In this document: positions 40,432 through 54,185 of the stretch, in pieces
Position numbering within the stretch: position 1 is the stretch's first letter
Layout of the letters: every line of letters starts with the position of its first letter
Assembly: GCA_025603075.1 (NCBI GenBank)
Contig: MU626346.1
Location: 20,914 to 84,913, forward strand
Source of the DNA: Neoconidiobolus thromboides FSU 785
Taxonomy: Eukaryota > Fungi > Entomophthoromycota
Length of the DNA: 64,000 nucleotides
Reading direction: 5' to 3'
The notes under the pieces: generated by a model
The model's database searches: none
What the model was told of the DNA's origin: nothing
The model's input: only the letters and a program-made list of their open reading frames with translations
Made by a program: the position numbers and the translations under genes

Positions 40432-42511
40432 ATGCTCAACATCAAAATCCTTTATGGTTCTCAAACTGGATATGCTTGTGATCTATCCTTACGCTTATAT
40501 AACAGCCTTTATCGCCATGGTTTCAATATCATATTTATAGGCTTTATGGACTCTTACCCAATTGAAGATATATTAGAAGATGAAATGATCTTATTTGTCT
40601 GTAGTACGACGGGAGAAGGCGAAGAACCAGACAACATGAAGCAATTTTGGAAATTTTTATTACGAAGAAATCTACCTGTAGATTTTTTGGATCATTTGAA
40701 TTTTGGTGTATTTGGATTAGGGGATTCTTCATACGAAAAATTTAATTTTACAAGTAAAAAATTGTTCAAAAGATTAAAAATGTTAGGTGGGGAGAGTATT
40801 TTGGATAGAGGGGATGGGGATGATCGTCATTATTTGGGGTAAGTAATTAAAAGGGATGAAGAGGAAGTTTGGAAATGAGATTGATTATTAAATTGTTTTT
40901 TGTTTTAGTGTTGATGGCGCTTATATACCTTGGGAAAAAGAACTGATCAAGAATTTATTAGATATGGAAAATAGAAGTTTCGAGAAAATAGAAGAATATT
41001 TGTTACCCCCAGCTTCATTTCAGTTAAAATTAATTGAAAAGGAAATAAATCAAACGGATTATGAAGAGGAAGAAGCTTTGGAAGAAAATTGGATAAAATT
41101 TAATGTTATTAAAAATGAAAGAGTTACTTCGAAAGATCATTTTCAAGATAGTAGACATTTGATATTTGAATCAATAGAAGAAGTGGAATTAGAGTAAGTG
41201 CTATACTATGATAAAAGAGCCATTATTTATTATTCACTTTATTTAGTTATAATATGGGTGATGTTGCTTTAGTTAAACCAGAGAATATTGATAGTGAAGT
41301 AGATGAATTTATTAATTTATTGAACATAAATGAATTAAAAGAGAATTATTATTTAATTGAAAATGTTAATAATGGTAAGTAAATCTTATATATTATTCAA
41401 TTAAATTATTAATATTAATATTAACTGTAAAGTTCGACAATTACCAACAAGTTTAAATAATAAACCAATAAAACTAAGAGATTTAATCAAGAAATATGTT
41501 GATATCCACAGTATCCCTAAACGTACTTTTTTTGAATATTTATTACATTTCAGTAATGACTCACTTGAAATGGAGAAAATTCAAGAATTCTTAAAAGATA
41601 GTGAAGAATTATTAGATTATGCTCAAAAGCCAAGAAGAACAATCGTTGAATGTTTAAATGATTTTCAGTCTTATAAAATAAATATAAATTATTTACTAGA
41701 TATGTTTCCATTGATCCAAACTCGTTCTTTTTCAATCTCAAGTTATAATAAGAAAAGGGTAGAATTATTAGTGGGAATAGTGGAATATAAAAGTCAAATG
41801 AAGAAGTTGAGGACTGGTTTGATGGGGATGTTTATTAAAAAAGAATTGAAAGGTATTTTAGTAACATTCTTAAATAAAAATAGTAAATAATAGTTTAATT
41901 TAATTTAATAGAGAATAACAGTATAGCTATTAAACTCAAAAAAGGCAGTATGAAATTCCCAGCAGATCTTACAATCCCAGTAATCATGATAGGTCCTGGT
42001 TTAGGAGTAGCCCCTTTTCGTAGTGTAATTGAATATCGCATTGAAAATCAATATTATAATAATTATTTGTTATTTGGCTGTCGATATTTTAATAAAGATA
42101 ATTATTTTTATGAGGAATTCCAAAGATATGAAAAAGAAAATAAACTATGGTTTAAAACAGCTTATTCAAGGGATACAGTAAATGATCTATTATTCTATTG
42201 ATTTATTGTTAATAATAATTTTTTAGGATCAAAAAGTTTATGTTCAAGATTTGATTATAAAATATAAGGAGATATTGATCGATTTGATATTCAATCAAAA
42301 TGCTTATGTTTTTACTTGTGGGTAAGTTATATATTTATAGAGTTAGTCTTTTATTTTATTAATATCGGTGTTTAATAGGAGTTCTAAAAATATGCCTAAA
42401 GGGGTAGAAAGGGCATTTAAAGAAATATTAGGTGAAGTAGTGGATAACTCAGAGGAATATTTAATTGAAATGAAGAAAAAATGGCGATATCAAGTGGAAT
42501 GCTGGGATTAA
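40432..42511 (+). CDS. TAH18: NADPH-dependent diflavin oxidoreductase 1 (Tah18/NDOR1), multi-exon
   Basis: ILYGSQTG, CSTTGEGEEPDNM, FGLGDSSY, RSFSISS, MIGPGLGVAPFRS, FGCR, C-terminal YQVECWD. Confidence 0.92.
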
Positions 42512-42598
42512 AAAATAAACTCAAAAAAGAATTTTGTGAAAAATCGACTAATTTTAATTTTTTTCCTTTTTTCAGTATTAATTTTTTTTAAAACAAAA

Positions 42599-43303
42599 AT
42601 GAAATACCAAACTCTGATTCAACAAAACAAGTGTCTTCAAACAATTCAACAACTACTAATTATCGAAAAAGAATTTCAACAAATAATAAACCAACGTAAT
42701 ATTTTATTAGATGATTTAAATCATTATTATCGGCAAAAGGTACAACTTTTACAAGGAAAAAGTAAGACTTGATATACTAACTCTAAAAAATGTTACTAAT
42801 TTTATTTCATTTTAATTCCATATATAGATGATGAAAGTTTACTTGATATAAACGATAAGACTATTGGAATAATAGCAATGAAGAGCGAATTAACATTAAA
42901 GAACATACTATCACAATTAAAAAAACAACAATTATTAATAAAATCTTTAATCGATATAAACAAAACTTGTGCTAATAATAAGTTAATCAAAAATAGTGCT
43001 TCTTCTGAAGTAACCTGTGTAATCACTAATATTACACTAATTGAATCTATCCTCCCGAAACAGGAACAAGTACTTGGCTGGATCAATATACTCATTATCT
43101 ATTATCAATCCGATGTTGATCAAAAATTGGAATTAATATTAAATTTTGATTATAACGGTATCAATGATTGGTCTTCATTTAATAAATTTTCGAAAAAAAT
43201 GGAAGAAGTGAGAGTGGCACTTGAGAAAGTCGGTGTCATCCAAGAGATGGAAGAATATGTCCAATTAAGCTTTGAAGCCATAGGATATCTAAAAAATAAT
43301 TAG
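42599..43303 (+). CDS. Hypothetical protein, ~212 aa, helical/coiled-coil
   Basis: Exons 42599-42761 and 42828-43303 joined by a phase-compatible GTAAG..TAG intron; no family recognised. Confidence 0.55.
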
Positions 43304-43767
43304 ATGAAGTTGATAGTGGAAAATAAAGATTATTGAATATAGATAGGTAGTGGAAGTCTCGATTCAAGGGATGAGGTTCTAATAGAACGTGAGTTGGTAT
43401 TTTATCTCAATAAATAACGAAATTGTATAGTGTAATAAATCAAATCCCTGGTACTATTAAATTCAATAATCGAATTTAATATTGACTATTTTGTATATTT
43501 TTATGTTAATCTTTTTATTTTTAGTTTAAAAACAATAACAAAGTTTAAAACAATTATGATTCAAGGATATTAAATTATTTAACATTTCTATAATCTTAAG
43601 CTCTATACTTAGTACTACTGAGTGATAAATCTAATTAATTTTAGCAATCTAAATTTTATATGATATCAAAACTTTTATCCTCAGCCAATTAACAAAGAGC
43701 ATCAAATGCATTAAAAGTAAAATAGCTGGAGCTTTGAGTTCAATTTCAATATATACCATTTAAAAAA

Positions 43768-46067
43768 ATGGGAAAAAAAAAAAATCGAAATAAGAGTAAA
43801 AGTATTGATAAAGAAAGCTCGCCTAATCTTCTTAAAAAACTAGCAATTACCCCAAAACCCAATTTTTCCTTAAAATTAAAGTCGGATTTAATCCCTAATC
43901 ACATTGACACTCTACCAACAACTCCAGACAGTATACCTGATATTGAAGAAATAATAAAATCGAAATTAACTAATGATAAAAAATCATCAAATAAATATTC
44001 CAAACCTGAAGCGTTAAATTTATTATTGACAAAGGATAACAAATTGACACCAATTCCTGAGGCATTGAATGAGGATGTAGGGGTAGAATTTAATAAAAGC
44101 TTTAGTTTATTTGAACATTTGAAAGGAGAATTAGAATTGAATGATTTTGATAAAGAATTTGAAATGAAAGGGGAAAGATTATATAACTTTTTTAAAGTAC
44201 CAAAAGTGTTTGAAAAGGTAAGTAAGAAATTTAAATTTAAACTTTGAAAAAAGATAATAATGATTAAATTAACTTTAAAAAATTAGTTGATGGTTTTTGG
44301 TTATCTCGTTTGTTTAAATAGTGTCTTATATAATTTTACAATATTACCTTTGAGGTTAATATTGGCTTTATTAACTATATTAAGTTATCCAATAAGAAGA
44401 AAAAGGTAAGCTTTAATTTAATATAATAATAGTCGATTACATTTTTATTTCAATTAAATTATATATATGAAATAATAAATCTAATAGGATTTAAATTAAA
44501 TTCAGGTTAACGAATGCACAATGGAGTGATCTTATCAAAGGCAGTTTAATAATAACCTCTTGTATCATCTTAAGTTATGTCGATTTATCCAAATTATATC
44601 ATGTAGTACGGGGTCAATCGGTAGTGAAATTATATGTTATATTTAACATGTTAGAAATTGCAGATAAACTATTATCTTCTCTAGGACAAGACTTATTAAA
44701 TAGTTATTTTACTAATTTAACATTAGGGGATAAAATTCATACTAAATATTCCTTAAAACCATATATTCAATATTTAGCAGCCATCATTTATATTCCGTTT
44801 CATACAACAGTATTATTGTATCAAATGATGTCCTTAAATGTATCGGTGAATTCATATAATGATGCTTTATTGTCCTTATTAATGTCCAATCAGTTCGTGG
44901 AAATTAAAGGAGCTGTATTTAAGAAATTTGAAAGAGAAAATTTATTTCAACTAACTTGTAGTGATATTGTGGAAAGGTTTCAATTAACGATTTTTTTATT
45001 AGCTATTACATTAAGAAATATGATGGAATTAATTAATTCTGGGGTGTCTGAGGTGCAGATCCTTATGCCTAAAAGCTTTCAGAAATTCTTGCCAAATTCC
45101 ATTGATTTTGCCTTTGATCTCTTTTTGTCTCCTGCAGCAATTATATTAATTTGTGAAATCTTGGTTGATTGGATTAAGCACTCCTTTGTTACTAAATTTA
45201 ATCATATTCGTCCTACAGTTTATACACGATATTTGGATATTCTTTGTAAAGATTTTGCTAAGCCACCAAAACATTTATTAAATCAAACAAATAGCCCATC
45301 ATTAACAGTAAGTAGTTTATAACTTGAAGAATATCAAGTAAAAAAATCAAATATTAATAATATTATATTTATATTAGAAATTCCCAGATCAATCGTCTAT
45401 CGTAGCTAGAAGACTTGGTCTATCCATTTTTCCATTAACTTGTTTTGTAAGTTTTTATGGAATTTATTATCGTTATAATAGAATTAACTATATTATTATT
45501 ATAGATTATTCGAGTGGCTATGCAATTAATTAATTTTACAGATATTAATAGCTTCTTTTCAAAAGAAACTATTACAACTATGACCAATTTTTATTATCAA
45601 GTTCAAGAAAACCCAATCCAAATAATTCATGAAATTATGATAACTATTCAAGATTCTAATATTCCATTGTATATTTTAATTGTTTTATTAATTATTATTA
45701 GGTAATTGAGAAAATTATTTTATTTTGAAAAAAAATGAAATATTAATTCTTTTTATTTTATTTTAGTTTAACATTGATTAAGTTGTTGCTTGGAATTCAT
45801 TTGTTAAAATTTAGTACAAATCAATTAAAACAATATGAAATGAGAGAAACTAAAGATAAAATATTAGCTAAAGAAGATTTGGATTCTTTTTATAAAGTAA
45901 GAATAAGATTATTTTGAAAAAATAAAATATAATTAAGTTTATTATAGGAATCGAGTGTAATACGTAAAGAATTAGAATCAAGTTATGATAAAGATGTTTA
46001 TCGACCTAAAAATTTAAATTTAGATACAATTGATCGATTTTCTTTATTTAAATCGAGAGTACCTTGA
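43768..46067 (+). CDS. EMP65: TAPT1/Emp65 family ER membrane protein, multi-exon
   Basis: ERLYNFFKVP...LMVFGYLVCL; KLYVIFNMLEIADKLL; NDALLSLLMSNQFVEIKGAVFKKFERENLFQ; VDWIKHSFVTKFN. Confidence 0.9.
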
Positions 46068-46072
46068 CATTT

Positions 46073-46074
<2 letters not shown>

Positions 46075-46104
<30 letters not shown>
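46075..46104. repeat. (AAT)n microsatellite
   Basis: About ten AAT units directly after the TAPT1 stop codon. Confidence 0.85.
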
Positions 46105-46105
<1 letters not shown>

Positions 46106-46349
46106 TATTATATATCTTTGATTTATGTTGATATAATAAGGTATTTTATTCAAATACTAGTTTGAATTTAATAAATATAGTTGTTTTTAGATTTTAATAA
46201 ATTAATAATTGAATATTAGAATATAGCTTTACTTTATTAATAATAGAAAATAATTGTTGTATAGTTATAGAATTATATTATATATATATATATATCAAAT
46301 AATAAAATTGATAATATTTGAAGCATAATTGTGCATGTAATAACCCACT

Positions 46350-48555
46350 TTAATTACGAGCAATTAAAGGCAACACAGATACAGTATAAGGTACGGTATA
46401 TTTATGATCTTCAGATTCTACCATAATAGAAAAATGAACTTGATCATTAAAATTATCTTGGATAACTTTACACCAATTTCTTCTATTGTAACATTTCTCT
46501 TTACCTACCATTACTTCTTCATTAACGTCTTTTTTGAACAAAGTATACATATCTTCTACTGTAAAATTATCTAATTTATATTCTTTTGAATTAACATGTA
46601 ACATTTTAACTACCATATCAGGTGGTGGTAGATTGACTATAGCCGAAGAAACAATTTGAGTCATATGACGAAAATCATTAATAACTTGTAAAGATTTATC
46701 TGATGAAGAAAAATAACCTGCTGCAGCCAAATGAACATCACCTGCTAAAAAGGAAATCCTTATTGATTTAGCTTTAGCAAATGCTTGTAATTTGACTATA
46801 AATTCTTCTCTTTCTTGTAAATGTTCAGATGCAGTCCAATGATCACATAAATCATCTAATAATTCGGGTTGACCAAATTGATTAACCATTTGAGACATTG
46901 CACCTGTTTTATGAAATACTTTATGTAAATTCAGTTTATGTTGGACTGTAGATAAGGTTCCTAATACCCCTTCAGCTTCAGACAATCGAGGATATACAAT
47001 TGGAATACCTAATATAATCATTAAATGTTTACATGTATTAGGTACTTCTTGATATAATTTTCGAAAGATTTGTTCATAAGATTCTTTTGATAGACATTGA
47101 TTTAAACTTCTTTCACTTCGATTATCAATACCAATAATACTTGTTTTGGGCCCAAAATTCTTTAGCCAAGTGTAACTTTGAACACCAAAATAATTATCTT
47201 TTTCAGCTAATTTATCTGTAGTGTGATGTTGAAATAATAAATAAAATTTCATGGCACACCTTTTAATACCTTAAAACAAATCAAATTAGCTTAAATTAAA
47301 TACATTACTATTATTATTATAAATTAAATTAAATTAAATGTTATTTACCTTGAAAATAAGGTGAATTCATCATTCTTTCTGGATAAGAACCAAAGCCATC
47401 AAAAATATCATGATCATCAATAACCATAGAATAAGGAATAGTAGCAGCTGCTTTACCAAAAGTACCATTAGTAAACCAAATACAATAATTATTAAAATAA
47501 TAATCCATGATTTCTTGTTCAACATAACTTGAAAATACAATTCTATCTCTTTCTTTTCTAGAAGGAATATCTAACCATGATTTTAATCCTTGACCTAAAA
47601 ATACATCATCACAATACAATTGATCTCCGCCGCCAACCATACAATGAAATGGTTCGAAATTATGCTGTCTGTATAAATCATCCCATAATGGATTAGCACC
47701 ACCACATTCTATTTGTTTTTCTTTAGTTACATCATTACTAAATCCATTACAACTGAAAAATGCCCAACGCCATGTTTGATTATATCCTTGAATATAAAAA
47801 CTATATGATTTATTTGATATTGTATATGTTACCATAATTTGTTGAGGTTCAATCGGGACTTCTAAATTATAACGGATAAATATGTTATCTTTATAACGAT
47901 CTATTACTTTTCCATCAATTTGACGCTTCTGTTGATGAGGTGAAGTGAGGAAAAGGGGAAGTTCACATCCTTGTTTACTGACTATTAAAACAGTAGCATA
48001 ATAAAGTTTATTGTTCAAGTCACAATTACTATATTTTAAGAAAGGACCAATAAAATTAGTTGAATTTTGAGGATTATTATTATTATTATTATTATTATTG
48101 TTATTTTGATAATTGAAATTTGATGAGTTATAGTTATTTTGATTATTATTCATATTGTTAATATTGTGCTCTGTTGGTCGAAATGGATAATTATTATTGT
48201 TATTTGGACAGCTTCCTCCGTTATTACCTGAATAATTGTTATTATAATTTATACCATTGTTACTTGGATAATTGTTCCCATAGTTCGGGTTATTTGGATA
48301 ATTATTTCCTGGGTTTGGCATAGTTGGGAAATTACCTCCATTATTATTAACATTATTATTGTTATTGTTATAATTATTATAATTATTGCTTGGGTAATTA
48401 CCCAGAGTTGGGAAATTTGGGAAATTATTATTATTATTTACATTGTTATAACCTTGTTGTTGCTGTTGACTATAACTTTGTCCTTGATTATTATAATCAG
48501 CAGAAGGTTTATAATATTGATTATTATTATTATTATTATTTGGATTTGGATACAT
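46350..48555 (-). CDS. PhoD-like metallophosphatase with an N/Q/Y-rich N-terminal extension
   Basis: Intron 47270-47348; motifs GGGDQLYCD, IDDHDIFDGFGSY, LAGDVHLAA, IVSSAIVN. Confidence 0.85.
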
Positions 48556-49088
48556 ATTTAATTAAAAAAGAATGAAACCCCTTAAAATTTTCAATCTTTT
48601 AATTTGATACTAAAAATTTTTATTTGATTTAATTGATTTGTTATTTAGCGAAATCGAATTCTTGATTCTAGATTAAATATGTCACTATTAGTATATTTTA
48701 ATTTGTTAATGGAATCAAATCAGAGTACTTAAAGTAACTTTAATAAAACTAAGAGTCTCAAGAACATCTATTTTCATTTTATTCATTTTATTTTTTATCA
48801 TATTTACATTTAACTTAATTAACTTAATTTAAGTTTATTTAAAATATCTCTAATATTTTTTAAACAAAAATTTCTATCATGGATTTTTTATTAAGCTTAA
48901 CTGAAGCATAATGTACTTAGGTTCTTAAAAATTTAAAAAATCAACTACTATAAATATTTATTTTATTTTATTTTAATAAAAGCTTTCCTATATCTATTAT
49001 TATATTTTTTTTAAATAGTATAGTTTTATTTTAAATGAGTTAGTTTAATGTTAATTATATAGGGATGTCTAAATTAGTTTCAGAATAC

Positions 49089-49185
49089 GAAGATATTTTT
49101 TTGACTTCACTACTTTTTCCGTTTTTTAAGCGCTATTTGAGTAGAAACACTGTTAGTAAAATTCTTAAACAAAAATGTATCCCCC
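49089..49185 (-). mobile_element. MITE copy 11
   Basis: Reverse orientation, left end decayed; flanks ATAC/ATAT. Confidence 0.75.
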
Positions 49186-49678
49186 ATATATTTAAAAATT
49201 GCTCTAAATTTTAAGTTTTTAAATTTAAAAAGCCTAAAACTAAATATATATAAGATTTAAGACTTGTTTCAATTGTTTCATTTTTTTTAATTATATTATT
49301 TTTATTAAATATATAGCTATTTAACTTTATTTTTTATTAAAATAAAAGTAAAATGTAAGCTTTTATAAATAAACTTTAAAACAAAAAAATTAATATTTCA
49401 ACATAGTAGATAAAAGTATATCATATAAATATTGTAATTTATTTGCATTAACTTTGATAATTATTTATATCCCAAAGATTACAAAGTTTTGTAATAAAGT
49501 AAAAAATAATAATATTTATTATTAACAATAACAAACTTAGTTAAATAATATATAAAATTAGTCTTTTAAAGGAAATAAAAGTCAAAAACCAATAAATAGC
49601 ATTATTATTAATTATAGTTTTAACGTATTTTTTAATAAATGTAAAAGTTTTAGATTTAGTATAAATAAAAATTGATAT

Positions 49679-49776
49679 AGGGATGTATTTTGTGTTTAAG
49701 AATTTTACTGACGATCTTTCCGCTCAAATAGTGCTTAAAAAATAGAAAAAGTGATAAAGCCAAAAAATACATCCCC
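49679..49776 (+). mobile_element. MITE copy 12
   Basis: Full length; flanks ATAT/ATGT. Confidence 0.85.
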
Positions 49777-49868
49777 ATGTATAAAATAAAAGTAAAAAAA
49801 TAATATGTAATAGATATTTTAATAACTAAATAAATCAATAGCTAGATTAATACTTTTTGAATATATGC

Positions 49869-50133
49869 TGTGAAGTCTAATACTCAGTGGTTGGAGTCAA
49901 AAACGATTTTTCCTTAATTGACTAGTCGTAAGTCAAAATCTTAGTTTATATGACTGAGATAGACTTGAATTATGAAGGATAACATGTGGGGATGTATTTT
50001 TGTGTTTAAGAATTTTACTAACAAATTTTCCACTTAAATAGCGCTTAAAAAATGGAAAAAATAATGAAGTCAAAAAAAACACCCCCATGTAATAGTTGTT
50101 TTTGACTCCAATCACTGAGTACCAGATTTTACA
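49869..50133. mobile_element. Deleted derivative of the TG..CA family with the same end at both termini, carrying a nested MITE
   Basis: TGTGAAGTCTAATACTCAGTGGTTGGAGTCAAAAAC at left and its inverted match at right, both homologous to 455-500. Confidence 0.7.
49988..50086 (+). mobile_element. MITE copy 13 (nested)
   Basis: Full length; TSD ATGT/ATGT; paralogous empty sites have a single ACGT (573-576, 999-1002). Confidence 0.9.
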
Positions 50134-51029
50134 TAGCAAATTAAAATAAAACAAATACTACAATAAAAAACTAAAATTAATAAAAAAAGCTATATAAATT
50201 ATAAGGATTTCATATTAATACTCGAAAAAATATATTTAATAAAGTTATTAGGAAATCAATCTCAGCTTATTTTATAAAAATAACAGGAGATTTAAAAGTT
50301 TTAACATTTACTAAGAAAATAAAGAACTTATTAAATAATTATTATTATCGAATATTAATATTACTTAAATTATTGATGATTAAGTTAATAATAGTCAAAA
50401 AGCAAATATCTATAATAATAAATAAAAATTATTACTACATTGTTTATATTATGTAAAAATAATTAATTATAGATTTAAGGCCAATTATTCTTTTCTATCC
50501 AACTCTTTAATAATATATTTATTTGATAGCAAATCTGCAATATTAGTTATAAATTAGTCAATGATAAATATTTTTTAGTGAATTTTTGTAAATATGTACT
50601 TATTTACATACTAAAATTTTGACTAGTATTAACATATAGACTATATTAGTAAAAACCTTGCTAGTCTGGGGATTCTCGTTAAATTTAGTAGAAATTTAAC
50701 TAACTTAGAATATAAATTATAATGAAATAATTTAAAACTAAAAACAATTTAAAATTAGATTTAAATTAAGGCTCAGCTTAAAAATACGAATAATTAAAAA
50801 AGTGTATTATCTTCTAAATTGTTGTTGCCTTCATAAAAAAATCTCAATATCATAACTAGAACTACACATTCTATTATTTCTTATTATAACCATTTATTAA
50901 CCAATACCCTTAATAATAAAATAAATTCTAATTGAAACTTAATTTAATAATTAGCTTTTAATTGGCTCTTTTTATTTCAAGCTTATTTTACAATATCAAA
51001 ATTGAACATTTTTTTATTTTTTTTACAAA

Positions 51030-53568
51030 ATGACCATCCATGATCAAATAAAAGTCGAAGAAACAGAAGCGACTGTACCAAGCATAATCAATGAAGATGA
51101 TATAACTTCTCAATTACCAGATATGTCTAATGTGATCTATCCACCACCAGATATAAGAAGTAAATTTATCACTAAGCTAAATAAAAGAATGGAATTAATA
51201 GTAATAATCATAGAACTTGCTGATAGTACCGCTAAGTTTACTGCTAAAAACGACAAAGCATTAGAAGATAGAATAAGGGAAAATAAAAAAGGAAATATTA
51301 AATTTTCTTTTTTAAATCCAGGGGATCCATATTATAATTATTATATCGCTGAAAAACAAAAAGTTCGATTAGGTATTCAATCAGAGCCAGGTAATATTGA
51401 TACTAATTAAGATTGTATTTAACTAATAACTTGTATATAGTTGTCGAATCTGAAACGGTTACAGTAGTACCCGAAGTCGCCCCTGTAGTTGAAGATATAC
51501 CAAATCCACCAGCACCATTTTATTTTCAATTAGAACCACCACCTATTCCTCAACAAGACTTGTAAGCTATATACCCTTCTTTATATTTATTAATAATTTA
51601 AAAACTATAATTAGAGATGTAATTAAATTAACTGCTCTTTATATTGCAAAAAATGGAGTTCAATTTCGATCCGGACTTATTCAAAGAGAACGTGGTAATT
51701 ATCAATTTGATTTTTTAAGACCTGGACATGCTTTGTTTCCTTATTTTTCTCAACTATGTGATCAGTATGCGACTGTTTTGAATCCAAATCAAGATATTCT
51801 TGAGTTATTAGATGTTGTTAAGGATTCTAAATTTAAGGTAAATATTAGTATAGTTGCTAATTTTTTTGTTAAAAGTTAACGATCGTTAGATTATGCAAAG
51901 AGTTATGGAAAGAGTAAGATATTCCATTTATCAACAAGAAGAAAGTAAAAAAGAAGCAGAAAGAGAAGATAAAGAAAGAGGTAATAGAGTATAATATAGC
52001 TAATTGTATTTTATTTATTTATAATTTAGCTGCATTTGCATCGATTGATTGGCATGATTTTGTTATTGTACAAACATTGGAATTTACATCATTTGATAAA
52101 AAATCAGATTTGCCTGGACCTGAGAGTATAGAAAGCATAATAAGTGCTTCACAAGCAGCTAAAAAAGCAGCTGAAATGAGTAAAGGTTTACAAGAAATGG
52201 AAGCGTTAGATATAGAGAACAAAAATACAAATGAAAATATTCAAAAGGTTAAAAATTATTTAGAAATAAATTATGAAATATTGATATTGTTTTTAGATTC
52301 AAAATAATATAGAAAATAATGAGCTTCCTACTCCACCTCCAACGTTTAATAATCCAACTACAAATGTACCTACTATGTCTACTAATAATGTACCAATTAA
52401 AATCAGACGTGATTATGTACCAAAAAGTAATTAAATTACACTAGTTTTAATTATTAAAATTAACATAAAATTTATAGTTGGAGTTAATAGAAATAATGGA
52501 GAAGATACACAAGTATGCCCAATTTGTAATTTAAAAATACCTAAATCGGAAATTGATGAGCATATTCGAATCGAAAAATTAGATCCTAAATGGAAAGCAC
52601 AAAAAGAAATCAATGAAGCAAGAAACCGAGATTCTAATTTATTAAGAGATACAACGGATGTTTCCAATAATTTAAAAAAATTAGCAGGCTATCGTTCCGA
52701 TTTATTTGGTTCGGATGAAATTGGTATTGGTAAAAAATTAGAAGAAGATGTAGAAAGGCGTAAATTAGCTGAAAAAGATAAAGTTAAATATGATGGCTTT
52801 ACTACTATTAATAATAATAATAGTAATAATTTTCCACCACCACCAAAGTAAGTTTAATTTAGTATTATTTTTTAATTGTTTATTTAATAATTGAATTTAG
52901 TAATATGGCTCCACCTTCTAATAATTTACCACCTCCATTTTTGGCTATTTGTCCACCTTACATACCACCACCTGGTGGTCCTCAGCATCCTCCTATACAT
53001 CCTCCTCAAGATGTATCAGCACCACCACAACGTCCACCATTTCAGCAAACTCAAGTACCACCTTTTATCCCACCTAACCGCTTTCAACCCCCTCCTTTTA
53101 TACCACCACCTACGCATACCTTACCACCACCAACAGTCGAAGCTAAAAAACCCAAATTGGAGGGTGTCTTAGCTAATCTAACACCAGAGCATCAATTTAT
53201 CGAAATGAATCCAGTAAGTTGAAGCTATTATATTATTACAAAAAATATATAATTAATTTAAAACTTTAACTTAGGATCCAGTCACAGTTAATATCAATGT
53301 ACCTAAAGATGAAAGTAAACCAGAATGGCAATTAAATGGACAGACAATTCAACTTGAAGGATTAAAACCAGAAACAACAATGCAAGAAATTAAAGAACAA
53401 ATTTTCTCAAAACTACAATTTCCAGCTAATAAACAAAAACTCACGGTTACTCTACCTATTAAAGCACCCCCACAAGTGGCTAAAAATAACTATACATTGG
53501 CAACGTACAACTTAACTGGAGAAGTTACAATTGCGTTATCGATTAAAGAAAGAGGTGGGAAAAAATAA
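51030..53568 (+). CDS. PRP21: Splicing factor 3A subunit 1 (two SURP domains, PRP21-like region, ubiquitin-like C-terminus), multi-exon
   Basis: IYPPPDIR, FSFLNPGDPYYNYY, FDFLRPGH, AAFASIDWHDFVIV, EHIRIEKLDPKW, ALSIKERGGKK. Confidence 0.93.
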
Positions 53569-54085
53569 ATATTAAATAAATATTAAATAAAGAGAGTTAA
53601 AATAAGTAATGTGTTTTATTATAAGTCTTTAAAGGTTAAAGATTATTTAATTTTAATGATTTTTTAGTAATATATTTATTATTGGATTTCGATAATAATA
53701 GTATGCTTTTAGTAGTTTTATATAACAATTTAGTTTATTTTATAAAGTATAGTTGTCACTAGTTTTTAATATTGGTTTTATTAAGTTATTTTTTATATCT
53801 AATAGAAGCTATGGGAAGGAGTTTTATATAACTTTTAAAGCAAATATTACAAACAAGTTAGAAATATAGTTCAATAAATAGATTGGGTTTCATTTTTGAA
53901 TCGATTTTTAATTGAATCTTATAAATTAAAAATAAAGTTGACAATATTGTAAGTTAAATAGAGTGTTAGATTAGTTTTGAGTGAGAGAAACTCATCAAGC
54001 AAAATGAAAAAAGTAATAAAAAAATAGAATAGTGTTATTAACTAAGGTTATCAAAGAAACCCTCTTTTAGAATCTTATTAAAAAT

Positions 54086-54185
54086 AGGGGAATTTTTTTT
54101 TGGTTTCATTACTTTTTCTGTTTTTTAAACACTATTTGAGCGGAAAGATTGTTAGTAAAATTCTTAAACAAAGAAGCATATTCCC
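54086..54185 (-). mobile_element. MITE copy 14
   Basis: Reverse orientation; flanks AAAT/ATAT. Confidence 0.78.
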
